In this document: one piece after another, positions 51,471 through 62,325 of the stretch
Layout: every line of letters starts with the position of its first letter
Position numbering within the stretch: position 1 is the first letter of the stretch
Source: Escherichia coli
Lineage (GTDB): Bacteria; Pseudomonadota; Gammaproteobacteria; Enterobacterales; Enterobacteriaceae
DNA: 64,000 bases
Assembly (NCBI RefSeq): GCF_051903065.1
Contig: NZ_CP178438.1
Reading direction: 5' to 3' (one strand)
Program-made: the position numbers and the translations under genes
The notes under the pieces: model-generated
Told to the model about the DNA's origin: nothing
The model's database searches: none
What the model saw: only the letters and a program-made list of their open reading frames with translations

Positions 51471-53306
51471 GTGAAACGACTACAATCATTAAAAGAAGCA
51501 AAAACAAAACCAGACTTGGCTAAGCTATTAGGAATCAAACCTTCAGCGTTAACATACTGCCTATATGTATTAAAACCTGAAAATCAATACACACAGTTTA
51601 AGATACCAAAAAAAAATGGCGGCGAACGGATAATAAGTGCACCTAACGGAATATTAAAGACGATACAGTCATCCTTATCAAGACTGCTTCTAGATTGCTT
51701 AGACGAAATAGTTTGCATTAAGTTTCCAGACTCAGAGTTAGCAAGGCAGAAAGCAAAAAACTCAAAAATATTAAAGTTAAAATGTTCCAACTCAGAAATC
51801 AAACAACCCTCACTGTCTCATGGATTTGAAAGAAAGCGTTCAATTATTACAAATGCAATGATGCACTTGGGGAAAAAATATGTTTTTAATATAGACTTGG
51901 ATAATTTTTTCGGCAGTTTTAACTTTGGTAGAGTCCGAGGTTTTTTCATAAAAAATAGAAACTTTGCACTCGATCCGGAAATCGCAACTGTAATTGCTAA
52001 AATTGCGTGCTACAACAATGAACTACCCCAAGGCAGCCCATGCTCCCCAGTAATCACTAATCTAATCACTCACTCGTTAGACATTAAACTGGCAGCGATT
52101 GCATCAAGAAACTCATCCACTTTTACAAGATATGCTGATGATATTACATTCTCTACGAGGAAGGGGGAGTTTCCTTCTGCTATAGCAAAAAATCAAAATG
52201 GTAAATATATCGTTAGTAAGAAAATTAGGGGCGAGATAACTCGCTCAGGTTTTATAATTAATGATGGGAAGACAAGAAATCAGTATAAAGACTCGAGGCA
52301 AGATGTAACAGGCTTAGTGGTTAATAAAAAGCCAAACACGAAAAAAGAATATTGGAGGCTTGTGCGTGCGCAATGTGACCATTTATTTAAACATGGTGAG
52401 TTCTTAGAGGTGATTGACGGCAAGGAAATAAAGGGGAATGTTAATAGCCTTGCAGGCAAACTTAACTTCATAGACCAAGTTGACCACTATAATAGATTGC
52501 GTCAAGGCGAAAAATTAAATCCAAAATATCACTTAAAAAAAGATGCCAATAAAAATGGCCATGCCAAAAAAAGGCGTTACTTACATAGTTCTAGAGAAAA
52601 AACGTTTAGTGAGTTTCTCTTCTATCGTTTATTTTATGGCAATGAATTACCAACAATTCTTACGGAAGGTAAAACTGACAATATTTATCTGAAGGCAGCA
52701 ATACATAAGTTAGCCTCATCATTCCCTAATTTGGCGGTCGCTGAAAGTCCAGGGCTCTCTTATAAGCCACGGACTAAATTTGTTAACTACAATGAGCGGA
52801 CAAAATATTTACTTGAACTTTATGGTGGTGCTGATTATTTAAAGGATTTTGTTATTCATTATAAACAACACTTTAATCGTTATAAGGCTCCCAAACCATC
52901 TAATCCAGTAATTATACTTGTTGATAATGATAGCGGACCAAAAGATCTGATTAATTACGTTAGTAAAGTTGATAATATTGGTATTTTCCCCACAGGTGTT
53001 CCAGATATCCGCGCCTCTGAGTTTGTACATATTTTTTGTAATCTTTATTTAGTGCTTACCCCTCAAGTTAAGGGATATACAGGAACTGATATAGAGCATT
53101 TTTTTAAAGATACAGATCGACTTAGACCACATAAAGGTAAGTTTTTCAATACAGTCTCTAAGCGTGATCATGATAATGATTTGAGCAAGGAATCTTTCGC
53201 AACTCATATTGTTCATGCCCACAAGCATGAAATTGATTTTAGTGGATTTACAAGCCTGTTAGAACGGTTAGTAAAAGTCATAAATCACTTTGACACTGTT
53301 AAGTAA
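51471..53306 (+). CDS. retron reverse transcriptase fused to a C-terminal Toprim domain
   Basis: RT motifs (NGGERIISAP, LPQGSPCSP, YADD in TRYADDITFS); C-terminal Toprim-like TEGKTD and VDNDSGP; 611 aa. Confidence 0.85.
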   Translation: MKRLQSLKEAKTKPDLAKLLGIKPSALTYCLYVLKPENQYTQFKIPKKNGGERIISAPNGILKTIQSSLSRLLLDCLDEIVCIKFPDSELARQKAKNSKILKLKCSNSEIKQPSLSHGFERKRSIITNAMMHLGKKYVFNIDLDNFFGSFNFGRVRGFFIKNRNFALDPEIATVIAKIACYNNELPQGSPCSPVITNLITHSLDIKLAAIASRNSSTFTRYADDITFSTRKGEFPSAIAKNQNGKYIVSKKIRGEITRSGFIINDGKTRNQYKDSRQDVTGLVVNKKPNTKKEYWRLVRAQCDHLFKHGEFLEVIDGKEIKGNVNSLAGKLNFIDQVDHYNRLRQGEKLNPKYHLKKDANKNGHAKKRRYLHSSREKTFSEFLFYRLFYGNELPTILTEGKTDNIYLKAAIHKLASSFPNLAVAESPGLSYKPRTKFVNYNERTKYLLELYGGADYLKDFVIHYKQHFNRYKAPKPSNPVIILVDNDSGPKDLINYVSKVDNIGIFPTGVPDIRASEFVHIFCNLYLVLTPQVKGYTGTDIEHFFKDTDRLRPHKGKFFNTVSKRDHDNDLSKESFATHIVHAHKHEIDFSGFTSLLERLVKVINHFDTVK

Positions 53307-53365
53307 TATTATGATGCGCACTGATTATTCCTTATTCAGCTAAAATTTCTGGTAATGACTCCAAC

Positions 53366-53869
53366 TTATTGATAGTGTTTTATGTTCAGATAATGCCCGA
53401 TGACTTTGTCATGCAGCTCCACCGATTTTGAGAACGACAGCGACTTCCGTCCCAGCCGTGCCAGGTGCTGCCTCAGATTCAGGTTATGCCGCTCAATTCG
53501 CTGCGTATATCGCTTGCTGATTACGTGCAGCTTTCCCTTCAGGCGGGATTCATACAGCGGCCAGCCATCCGTCATCCATATCACCACGTCAAAGGGTGAC
53601 AGCAGGCTCATAAGACGCCCCAGCGTCGCCATAGTGCGTTCACCGAATACGTGCGCAACAACCGTCTTCCGGAGCCTGTCATACGCGTAAAACAGCCAGC
53701 GCTGGCGCGATTTAGCCCCGACATAGCCCCACTGTTCGTCCATTTCCGCGCAGACGATGACGTCACTGCCCGGCTGTATGCGCGAGGTTACCGACTGCGG
53801 CCTGAGTTTTTTAAGTGACGTAAAATCGTGTTGAGGCCAACGCCCATAATGCGGGCTGTTGCCCGGCAT
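53366..53869 (-). CDS. insB: IS1 transposase InsB
   Basis: 167 aa ORF within IS1. Confidence 0.9.
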
Positions 53870-54063
53870 CCAACGCCATTCATGGCCATATCAATGATTT
53901 TCTGGTGCGTACCGGGTTGAGAAGCGGTGTAAGTGAACTGCAGTTGCCATGTTTTACGGCAGTGAGAGCAGAGATAGCGCTGATGTCCGGCGGTGCTTTT
54001 GCCGTTACGCACCACCCCGTCAGTAGCTGAACAGGAGGGACAGCTGATAGAAACAGAAGCCAC
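53788..54063 (-). CDS. insA: IS1 protein InsA
   Basis: 91 aa [42 protein letters not shown]. Confidence 0.9.
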
Positions 54064-54382
54064 TGGAGCACCTCAAAAACACCATCATACACTAAATCAG
54101 TAAGTTGGCAGCATCACCCCCTTTTCGTATATGCTAACCGTGAGCGGGAGTGAACAAGTCACCATAGCCAGGAACACTAGCGGCGTAATTCTTAAGCTGA
54201 GTGGCATTTCACCTGCGGTTTATCAGTGCATTCATAGTACCTTCATCAGCCAGATTGAACGAGTCAGCTTAGAATTTGCTGGCGAGGTTGTCACTATGAA
54301 GCATGAGAGTTACCTCAATGTTTATATAAGGATTCGGTCCCCATACCTGGAACGGTAACTCTCAATCTGATCGGTTCCTGAG

Positions 54383-56071
54383 TCAGTTCAAATCACGACT
54401 CATTTTTTTCGCTCTCACCGGCATCCCATTTGCCACAAAATATCCCGCCGTGCTCCTCGGCAACGCTCCCTGTCCACGAATCATGTCCGCTATTTTCTCG
54501 CCAATCATAATTGTCGTGGCGTTCAAATTCCCGGTGATAATCTGCGGCATAATTGACGCATCCACCACGCGCAGGCCTTCCAGCCCATGCACGCGGCCTT
54601 CGCCGTCAACCACTGCCATCTCGTCATAACCCATTTTGCAGGTACCGCACGGGTGGAAGGCGGTTTCGGCGTGGTTACGCACGAACTCATCGAGTTGCTC
54701 ATCCGTCTGACATTCCGTGCCGGGGCTGATTTCGCGGCCACGATACTGATCCAGCGCCGGTTGATGCATGATCTCGCGGGTGATGCGAATTGCGTCGCGG
54801 AACTCCTGCCAGTCCTGCTCGTGCGACATGTAGTTAAACAGAATCGCCGGATGCTGGTGCGGGTCGCGGGATTTAATCCGCACATGCCCACGGCTTGGCG
54901 AGCGCATCGATCCGACGTGGCACTGGAAGCCGTGCTCTTTCACTGCATTCGAGCCGTTATAGTTAATCGCTACCGGCAGGAAGTGATACTGAATATTCGG
55001 CCACGCAAATTCCTCTCGGCTGCGAATAAATCCGCCTGCTTCAAAGTGGTTGCTGGCACCAACGCCGGTGCCGCCAAACAGCCACTCCGCACCGATTTTC
55101 GGCTGATTCCACCACTGCAGGGCAGGGTAGAGGGAAACCGGTTCTTTGCACTCATATTGCAGATACATCTCCAGATGATCCTGAAGATTTTCACCGACGC
55201 CGGGTAAATCATGCACCAGCGGAATATCAAACTCCGCCAGCAGTTCAGCGCTACCCACGCCGGAACGTTGCAGGATCTGCGGAGAGGCGATCGCACCTGC
55301 ACATAACAGCACCTCTTTATTCGCTGTCGCGCGGGTTGGAATGGTGCTGTCGCCTTCCTGCCACTCGACGCCCACCGCGCGTTTGCCGTCAAAAATGATG
55401 TGATCGGTCATAGCGCGAGTACGAATGGTCAGGTTAGGGCGCGATTTGGCCTGATCGAGATAGCCGCGCGCGGTACTGGCGCGACGGCCCTGCGGCGTGA
55501 CGGTGCGATCCATCGGACCAAAACCTTCCTGCTGATAACCGTTGAGATCGTCCGTGCGCGGGTAGCCCGCCTGCACGCCCGCTTCAATCATCGCTTCAAA
55601 CAGCGGATTGACGCCGGGTTTGGAGGTAGTGACGCTCACCGGGCCATCGCCACCGTGGTAGTCGTTCTCGCCCACATCGCGAGTCTCGGCCTTGCGGTAG
55701 TAGGGCAGGCAGTCGAGATAACTCCAGTTCTCCAGACCGGGTTCTTGCGCCCAGTTATCGAGATCCAGCGCATTGCCACGGATGTAGCACATGCCGTTGA
55801 TCAGCGACGATCCACCCAGACCTTTACCGCGTCCGCACTCCATGCGGCGGTTATTCATAAACGGTTCAGGTTCCGTTTCATAGGCCCAGTTGTAGCGTTT
55901 ACCCTGTAGCGGGAATGCCAGGGCAGCGGGCATCTGGGTGCGGAAGTCAAAGCGATAGTCCGGGCCGCCCGCTTCAAGCAGCAGCACGGAGGTATTCGGA
56001 TCTTCAGTCAGACGGGTAGCGAGAACGTTGCCGGCTGAGCCGGCACCAATAATGATGTAGTCAAATTGCAA
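54383..56071 (-). CDS. betA: choline dehydrogenase
   Basis: GMC oxidoreductase with FAD motif [11 protein letters not shown]; start appears to be TTG with AGGAGG RBS. Confidence 0.9.
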   Translation of the reverse strand: MQFDYIIIGAGSAGNVLATRLTEDPNTSVLLLEAGGPDYRFDFRTQMPAALAFPLQGKRYNWAYETEPEPFMNNRRMECGRGKGLGGSSLINGMCYIRGNALDLDNWAQEPGLENWSYLDCLPYYRKAETRDVGENDYHGGDGPVSVTTSKPGVNPLFEAMIEAGVQAGYPRTDDLNGYQQEGFGPMDRTVTPQGRRASTARGYLDQAKSRPNLTIRTRAMTDHIIFDGKRAVGVEWQEGDSTIPTRATANKEVLLCAGAIASPQILQRSGVGSAELLAEFDIPLVHDLPGVGENLQDHLEMYLQYECKEPVSLYPALQWWNQPKIGAEWLFGGTGVGASNHFEAGGFIRSREEFAWPNIQYHFLPVAINYNGSNAVKEHGFQCHVGSMRSPSRGHVRIKSRDPHQHPAILFNYMSHEQDWQEFRDAIRITREIMHQPALDQYRGREISPGTECQTDEQLDEFVRNHAETAFHPCGTCKMGYDEMAVVDGEGRVHGLEGLRVVDASIMPQIITGNLNATTIMIGEKIADMIRGQGALPRSTAGYFVANGMPVRAKKMSRDLN

Positions 56072-56084
56072 ATAAACCTCCTGG

Positions 56085-57560
56085 TTAGAATATGGACTGG
56101 AATTTAGCCATCTCAACCTGGATGGACTTCACCTGGGTGTAACTCTGGAGCGTCATCACGCCGTTCTCGCGACCAATGCCGGAGTGTTTGTAGCCGCCAA
56201 CGGGCATCTCTGCCGGGGATTCGCCCCAGGTGTTGATCCAGCAAATACCCGCTTCCAGCTGATGAATGACGCGATGCGCGCGGTTCAGGTCCGCCGTCAC
56301 GATTCCCGCCGCCAGGCCGTAGTCGGTATCGTTAGCGCGGCGAATGACTTCCTCTTCCGACTCGTAGGTCAGAATGGACATCACCGGCCCGAAGATCTCT
56401 TCACGCACGATGGTCATCTCGTCGCTGCAATCGGTGAACACGGTCGGTGCAACCCATGCGCCGTTATCGAGGCCATCGCCTTTCAGTACATCGCCGCCGC
56501 ACAGTACGCGCGCGCCTTCCTCTTTGCCTTTGGCGATATAGCGCAGCACGTTATCGCGATGCGGGAAGCTGACCAGCGGGCCGAAGTTAGTTTGCGGATC
56601 GAAAACGTCGCCCGCGCGAATGCGCTCAACGCGCGCCAGAATTTTCTGCTCAAATGCGGCTTTGCATTTCGCCGGAACGAAGACGCGGGTGCCATTGGTA
56701 CACACCTGACCGGAGCTGAAGAAGTTTGCCATCATGGCGATATCGGCGGCGAGATCGAGATCCGCATCATCGAAAACGATCAGCGGTGATTTACCGCCCA
56801 GTTCCATGGTCACTTCTTTCAGGGAAGAGGCCGCCGAGTTAGCCATCACTTTTTTGCCGCTGGCGACACCGCCGGTAAATGAAACTTTGGCAATGCCCGG
56901 ATGCTCGGTCAGATATTGCCCGGTCTCCGCGCCCACGCCCGGCAACACGTTAAATACGCCGTCCGGCAGGCCCGCTTCGCTGTAAATTTCAGCCAGCTTT
57001 AACGCGGTAAGCGGGGTGACTTCGCTCGGTTTGAAAATCATTGCGTTGCCTGCCGCCAGCGCCGGGGCGGATTTCCACAGGGCAATCTGGATCGGGTAGT
57101 TCCATGCGCCAATCCCCGCCACCACGCCCAGCGGTTCGCGGCGGGTATAAACAAATGACGTCTCACGCAACGGGATCTGGCTGCCTTCCAGCGCCGGGAT
57201 CAGCCCGGCGTAGTACTCCAGCACGTCCGCACCGGTAACGATATCGACGGTTGAGGTTTCCGAATATGCTTTTCCGGTGTCGAGGGTTTCCAGTTTTGCG
57301 AGTTCGTCATTGCGTTCACGCAGAATATCAACGGCCCGACGCAGAATACGCGAGCGTTCCATAGCGGTCATCGCCGCCCAGATTTTTTGCCCCTGTTGGG
57401 CACTCTTCACGGCGCGATCGACATCCTCACGCCCGGCGGCCTGCACGGTCGCCAGCACGTTACCGTTGGCCGGGTTAATGGTCTCGAAAGTGCGACCGCT
57501 GGTGGCGGAGGTATAACCACCATGTATATAAAGCTGCTGTTCTGCCATTCGGGACATCAC
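56085..57560 (-). CDS. betB: betaine aldehyde dehydrogenase
   Basis: 491 aa aldehyde dehydrogenase, gene order betA-betB-betI. Confidence 0.92.
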   Translation of the reverse strand: MMSRMAEQQLYIHGGYTSATSGRTFETINPANGNVLATVQAAGREDVDRAVKSAQQGQKIWAAMTAMERSRILRRAVDILRERNDELAKLETLDTGKAYSETSTVDIVTGADVLEYYAGLIPALEGSQIPLRETSFVYTRREPLGVVAGIGAWNYPIQIALWKSAPALAAGNAMIFKPSEVTPLTALKLAEIYSEAGLPDGVFNVLPGVGAETGQYLTEHPGIAKVSFTGGVASGKKVMANSAASSLKEVTMELGGKSPLIVFDDADLDLAADIAMMANFFSSGQVCTNGTRVFVPAKCKAAFEQKILARVERIRAGDVFDPQTNFGPLVSFPHRDNVLRYIAKGKEEGARVLCGGDVLKGDGLDNGAWVAPTVFTDCSDEMTIVREEIFGPVMSILTYESEEEVIRRANDTDYGLAAGIVTADLNRAHRVIHQLEAGICWINTWGESPAEMPVGGYKHSGIGRENGVMTLQSYTQVKSIQVEMAKFQSIF

Positions 57561-57570
57561 GTCTCCTCGG

Positions 57571-58158
57571 TTAATCGGTGGGTAAATGCTGAGTAATAAA
57601 GTGACGGGTCAGCGAGTGTGCGAGAGGTTTATCCAGCGGTTTGCCGCTCAGTGCCGCGCGCAGCCATAATCCGTCAATCAGCGCGGCAAGGCCGTAGCCC
57701 GCTTCCTGTGCCTGGTGGCGCGGCAATTCGCGGCGAAACTCGCTCACCAGATTCGACAGCAAGCGGCGGCTGCTGACCTGCTGTAAACGATAGAGCATCG
57801 GCTGATGCATACTGCTGGCCCAGAACGCCAGCCAGGCTTTCATCGCCGCACTGCTCACCTGCGTTTCATCGAAGTTTCCGCCAACAATCGCCTGTAATCG
57901 CTGCTCAGCACTGCCCTGCGGAAGTGCATGTAATCGATTCAAAACCGCGTCACGCAGCTGACTGGTGATATCGCGCATGGTTGCTTCCAGCAGACCATTT
58001 TTGTCCCTGAAATAGTGGCTGATGATCCCCGTAGAAACGCCTGCACGGCGGGCGATCTGCGCGATCGTTGCATCGTGCATGCCCACTTCATTTATTGCTT
58101 CCAGCGTGGCGTCGATCAGTTGTCTGCGCCGGATCGACTGCATCCCCAATTTGGGCAT
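57571..58158 (-). CDS. betI: TetR-family repressor BetI
   Basis: 195 aa from [26 protein letters not shown]. Confidence 0.9.
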
Positions 58159-58286
58159 TTTCGCCACTCCATTCATCAGCGTTGTTTATCTATTAAAGCG
58201 GTTATTGATTGGACGTTCAATATAAAATGTGTCTTAATTGTTACGAATTTGATTTTAAATGGTAACAATAACAGTGGGGATACTGG

Positions 58287-60320
58287 ATGACAGACCTTTC
58301 ACACAGCAGGGAAAAGGACAAAATCAATCCGGTGGTGTTTTACACCTCCGCCGGACTGATTTTGTTGTTTTCCCTGACAACGATCCTGTTTCGCGACTTC
58401 TCGGCCCTGTGGATTGGCCGCACGCTGGACTGGGTTTCTAAAACCTTCGGTTGGTACTATCTGCTGGCGGCAACGCTCTATATTGTCTTTGTGGTCTGTA
58501 TCGCTTGTTCGCGTTTTGGTTCGGTGAAGCTCGGGCCAGAACAATCCAAACCGGAATTCAGCCTGCTGAGTTGGGCGGCGATGCTGTTTGCTGCCGGGAT
58601 CGGTATCGATCTGATGTTCTTTTCCGTAGCCGAACCGGTAACGCAGTATATGCAGCCGCCGGAAGGCGCGGGACAGACGATTGAGGCCGCGCGTCAGGCG
58701 ATGGTCTGGACGCTGTTTCACTACGGCTTAACCGGCTGGTCGATGTATGCGCTGATGGGCATGGCGCTCGGATACTTTAGCTATCGTTATAATTTGCCGC
58801 TCACCATCCGCTCGGCGCTGTACCCGATCTTCGGTAAACGGATTAACGGGCCGATAGGTCACTCAGTGGATATTGCAGCGGTGATCGGCACTATCTTCGG
58901 TATTGCCACTACGCTCGGTATCGGTGTGGTGCAGCTTAACTATGGCTTGAGCGTACTGTTTGATATTCCCGATTCGATGGCGGCAAAAGCGGCACTGATC
59001 GCCTTGTCGGTGATAATCGCCACTATCTCGGTGACATCCGGTGTCGATAAGGGCATTCGCGTGTTATCGGAGCTTAATGTCGCGCTGGCGCTGGGATTGA
59101 TCCTGTTCGTGTTGTTTATGGGCGACACTTCGTTCCTGCTTAATGCACTGGTGCTGAATGTTGGCGACTATGTGAATCGCTTTATGGGCATGACGCTCAA
59201 CAGTTTTGCCTTCGACCGTCCAGTTGAGTGGATGAATAACTGGACGCTCTTCTTCTGGGCATGGTGGGTGGCATGGTCGCCGTTTGTCGGCTTGTTCCTG
59301 GCGCGTATCTCGCGTGGGCGTACCATTCGCCAGTTCGTGCTGGGCACGTTGATTATTCCGTTTACCTTCACGCTGTTATGGCTCTCGGTGTTCGGCAATA
59401 GCGCGCTGTATGAAATCATCCACGGCGGCGCGGCATTTGCAGAGGAAGCGATGGTCCATCCGGAGCGCGGCTTCTACAGCCTGCTGGCGCAGTATCCGGC
59501 GTTTACCTTTAGCGCCTCCGTCGCCACCATTACTGGCCTGCTGTTTTATGTGACCTCGGCGGACTCCGGGGCGCTGGTGCTGGGGAATTTCACCTCGCAG
59601 CTTAAAGATATCAACAGCGACGCCCCCGGCTGGCTGCGCGTCTTCTGGTCGGTGGCGATTGGCCTGCTGACGCTCGGCATGCTGATGACCAACGGGATAT
59701 CCGCGCTGCAAAACACCACGGTGATTATGGGGCTGCCGTTCAGCTTTGTGATTTTCTTCGTGATGGCGGGGTTGTATAAATCTCTGAAAGTAGAAGATTA
59801 CCGCCGTGAAAGTGCCAACCGCGATACCGCGCCGCGACCGCTGGGGCTTCAGGATCGCCTGAGTTGGAAAAAACGTCTCTCGCGCCTGATGAATTATCCG
59901 GGCACGCGTTACACTAAACAGATGATGGAGACGGTCTGTTACCCGGCAATGGAAGAAGTGGCGCAGGAGCTGCGGTTGCGCGGCGCGTACGTGGAGCTAA
60001 AAAGCCTGCCGCCGGAAGAGGGACAACAGTTGGGGCATCTGGATTTGTTGGTGCATATGGGCGAAGAGCAAAACTTTGTCTATCAGATTTGGCCGCAGCA
60101 ATATTCGGTGCCGGGCTTTACCTACCGCGCACGTAGCGGTAAATCGACTTACTACCGGCTGGAAACTTTCCTGTTAGAAGGCAGCCAGGGCAACGACCTG
60201 ATGGACTACAGCAAAGAGCAGGTGATCACCGATATTCTTGACCAGTACGAGCGGCACCTTAACTTTATTCATCTCCATCGTGAAGCGCCGGGCCATAGCG
60301 TGATGTTCCCGGACGCGTGA
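58287..60320 (+). CDS. betT: choline transporter (BCCT family)
   Basis: 677 aa multi-TM transporter divergent from betI. Confidence 0.92.
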   Translation: MTDLSHSREKDKINPVVFYTSAGLILLFSLTTILFRDFSALWIGRTLDWVSKTFGWYYLLAATLYIVFVVCIACSRFGSVKLGPEQSKPEFSLLSWAAMLFAAGIGIDLMFFSVAEPVTQYMQPPEGAGQTIEAARQAMVWTLFHYGLTGWSMYALMGMALGYFSYRYNLPLTIRSALYPIFGKRINGPIGHSVDIAAVIGTIFGIATTLGIGVVQLNYGLSVLFDIPDSMAAKAALIALSVIIATISVTSGVDKGIRVLSELNVALALGLILFVLFMGDTSFLLNALVLNVGDYVNRFMGMTLNSFAFDRPVEWMNNWTLFFWAWWVAWSPFVGLFLARISRGRTIRQFVLGTLIIPFTFTLLWLSVFGNSALYEIIHGGAAFAEEAMVHPERGFYSLLAQYPAFTFSASVATITGLLFYVTSADSGALVLGNFTSQLKDINSDAPGWLRVFWSVAIGLLTLGMLMTNGISALQNTTVIMGLPFSFVIFFVMAGLYKSLKVEDYRRESANRDTAPRPLGLQDRLSWKKRLSRLMNYPGTRYTKQMMETVCYPAMEEVAQELRLRGAYVELKSLPPEEGQQLGHLDLLVHMGEEQNFVYQIWPQQYSVPGFTYRARSGKSTYYRLETFLLEGSQGNDLMDYSKEQVITDILDQYERHLNFIHLHREAPGHSVMFPDA

Positions 60321-60334
60321 TTGTTATTGCATAA

Positions 60335-60370
60335 AACCGCGCCATGTCTGCATATGGCGCGGTTTCTCTT
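60335..60370 (+). terminator. intrinsic terminator after betT
   Basis: AACCGCGCCAT-loop-ATGGCGCGGTT hairpin followed by a T-rich tract. Confidence 0.7.
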
Positions 60371-61195
60371 ACCTCTTGATACGTTATATCTGTACGGTTA
60401 AGCCCTTAGTATCGATTGATGATTGCCAGGCAACAGATAATAAAAAAGAAAAGAACTATTGAAGCCCAAAACCTACATTTGGACTGTTGTGAATGTTCAA
60501 TAAGCTTAGTCTTATTTAATGTAAATATTGGTGCTAATTTGAAATGACGATTTATTCATGGGGAACGCGTAGCGCAAATCAACTAAAATCAATGTAACCG
60601 TTTGTTGTTTAAGGTTTAATTGTCTGTGTCTGATATTTTATTGATTGTTTTAAATATTGTTTTTATTGTCATTGTTATAATGTTGGCTATCTATTGCTGA
60701 ATGGATTCAGTCTTAAAAGGCAGGTTGTTAAGGGATAGGCATAGAGTAATGACGTGTATGCATAACCAACATCTTTACTCATTATGTCATTGAATGTTGA
60801 CGCTATGCGTTTATGAGGTTGAGGTATTTTCAGTTGATCTGGATTGTTAAATTCATATAATGCGCCTTTACTCATGAGTGGGCATCAATACGTAGTGGGA
60901 AATTATAAATATCGAAATAGTCCAACTACTTCTTTATTACCAAAAATGAGTATCTGAATTTTAATATTGCATTCTTGCGTGATTATCTCCTGAGTTTGAC
61001 TTGTGATTACCTTTTTAAGGTATTTAGCGTAACTGTTTTTGAGCGAGCATCAGAGGTAAAGATAATCTTCTTGATAGTGATGTGGGATGTTATACGTATG
61101 GCATCGCTAATGTTTATGGTTACCCCTTATGTGTGCTCAGGAATCCACAGGTAATCACTCATACTGAACAGCGATAAAAGATAAAAGGTGTGTTC

Positions 61196-62284
61196 ATGAA
61201 TTCATGTGATTTTCGTGTTTTTCTGCAAGAGTTCGGTACAACGGTTCATTTGTCATTGCCTGGTAGCGTATCCGAGAAAGAACGACTGCTACTCAAGCTG
61301 CTGATGCAGGGAATGTCTGTAACAGAAATATCACAGTACAGAAATCGCAGTGCAAAGACAATTTCACATCAAAAGAAACAGCTCTTTGAGAAACTGGGGA
61401 TTCAGAGCGATATTACTTTCTGGCGCGATATTTTCTTTCAGTACAATCCGGAGATCATATCCGCCACGGGTAGTAATAGTCATAGATATATTAATGATAA
61501 TCACTATCACCATATCGTCACGCCTGAAGCCATCAGTCTGGCGTTGGAAAACCACGAGTTCAAACCGTGGATCCAACCGGTTTTCTGCGCGCAGACTGGG
61601 GTACTGACGGGCTGTGAGGTGCTTGTCCGCTGGGAACATCCACAAACGGGAATTATCCCACCGGATCAGTTTATTCCTCTGGCGGAGTCATCCGGTCTTA
61701 TTGTCATAATGACCCGCCAACTGATGAAACAGACTGCGGATATTCTGATGCCGGTAAAACATTTGCTGCCGGATAATTTCCATATTGGTATCAACGTCTC
61801 GGCGGGTTGTTTTTTGGCCGCGGGATTTGAAAAAGAATGCCTGAACCTGGTCAAGAAATTAGGTAACGATAAAATCAAGCTGGTTCTGGAACTCACCGAA
61901 CGTAACCCAATCCCTGTTACGCCGGAAGCCAGAGCGATATTTGACAGTCTTCATCAGCATAACATTACCTTTGCGCTGGATGACTTTGGTACGGGTTATG
62001 CGACCTATCGTTATCTGCAGGCGTTTCCGGTCGATTTTATTAAGATCGATAAGTCATTTGTGCAAATGGCGAGTGTCGACGAAATATCCGGTCATATTGT
62101 GGACAATATTGTCGAACTGGCGCGTAAGCCTGGTCTGAGTATCGTGGCGGAAGGGGTAGAAACCCAGGAGCAGGCGGATTTAATGATCGGTAAAGGCGTT
62201 CACTTTTTGCAGGGCTATTTGTACTCCCCGCCAGTACCGGGTAATAAATTTGTTTCTGAATGGGTAATGAAAGCTGGTGGTTGA
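61196..62284 (+). CDS. pdeL: c-di-GMP phosphodiesterase PdeL (LuxR-type HTH + EAL)
   Basis: N-terminal LuxR HTH and C-terminal EAL domain (ELTER..., DDFGTGYATYRYL). Confidence 0.9.
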   Translation: MNSCDFRVFLQEFGTTVHLSLPGSVSEKERLLLKLLMQGMSVTEISQYRNRSAKTISHQKKQLFEKLGIQSDITFWRDIFFQYNPEIISATGSNSHRYINDNHYHHIVTPEAISLALENHEFKPWIQPVFCAQTGVLTGCEVLVRWEHPQTGIIPPDQFIPLAESSGLIVIMTRQLMKQTADILMPVKHLLPDNFHIGINVSAGCFLAAGFEKECLNLVKKLGNDKIKLVLELTERNPIPVTPEARAIFDSLHQHNITFALDDFGTGYATYRYLQAFPVDFIKIDKSFVQMASVDEISGHIVDNIVELARKPGLSIVAEGVETQEQADLMIGKGVHFLQGYLYSPPVPGNKFVSEWVMKAGG

Positions 62285-62325
62285 TGTAAACCGCTATTCA
62301 CAGCGCATCGGGAGGTTGGCAGCGA

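Larger units (their letters stand above)
53351..54118 (-). mobile_element. IS1 insertion sequence
   Basis: 768 bp with terminal inverted repeats GGTAATGACTCCAAC... and ...GTTGGCAGCATCACC; flanking 9-mers differ (no target-site duplication). Confidence 0.95.

Noticed and set aside
53307-53350. Possible attR between the retron and IS1
   Set aside because: TATTATGATGCGCAC only loosely resembles the thrW 3' end (TATTATCGGCACCA); too weak to call an att site.
54131-54358. 75-aa ORF between IS1 and betA
   Set aside because: No recognisable features; could be a remnant of the gene downstream of betA or non-coding. Insufficient evidence to call.
55400-56789. ORFs antisense to betA and betB
   Set aside because: Contained within strongly supported metabolic genes on the opposite strand.
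60371-61189. Long AT-rich intergenic region upstream of pdeL as possible cargo or sRNA
   Set aside because: Matches the expected large regulatory region between betT and pdeL in K-12-like genomes; no ORF or repeat structure suggesting a mobile element.
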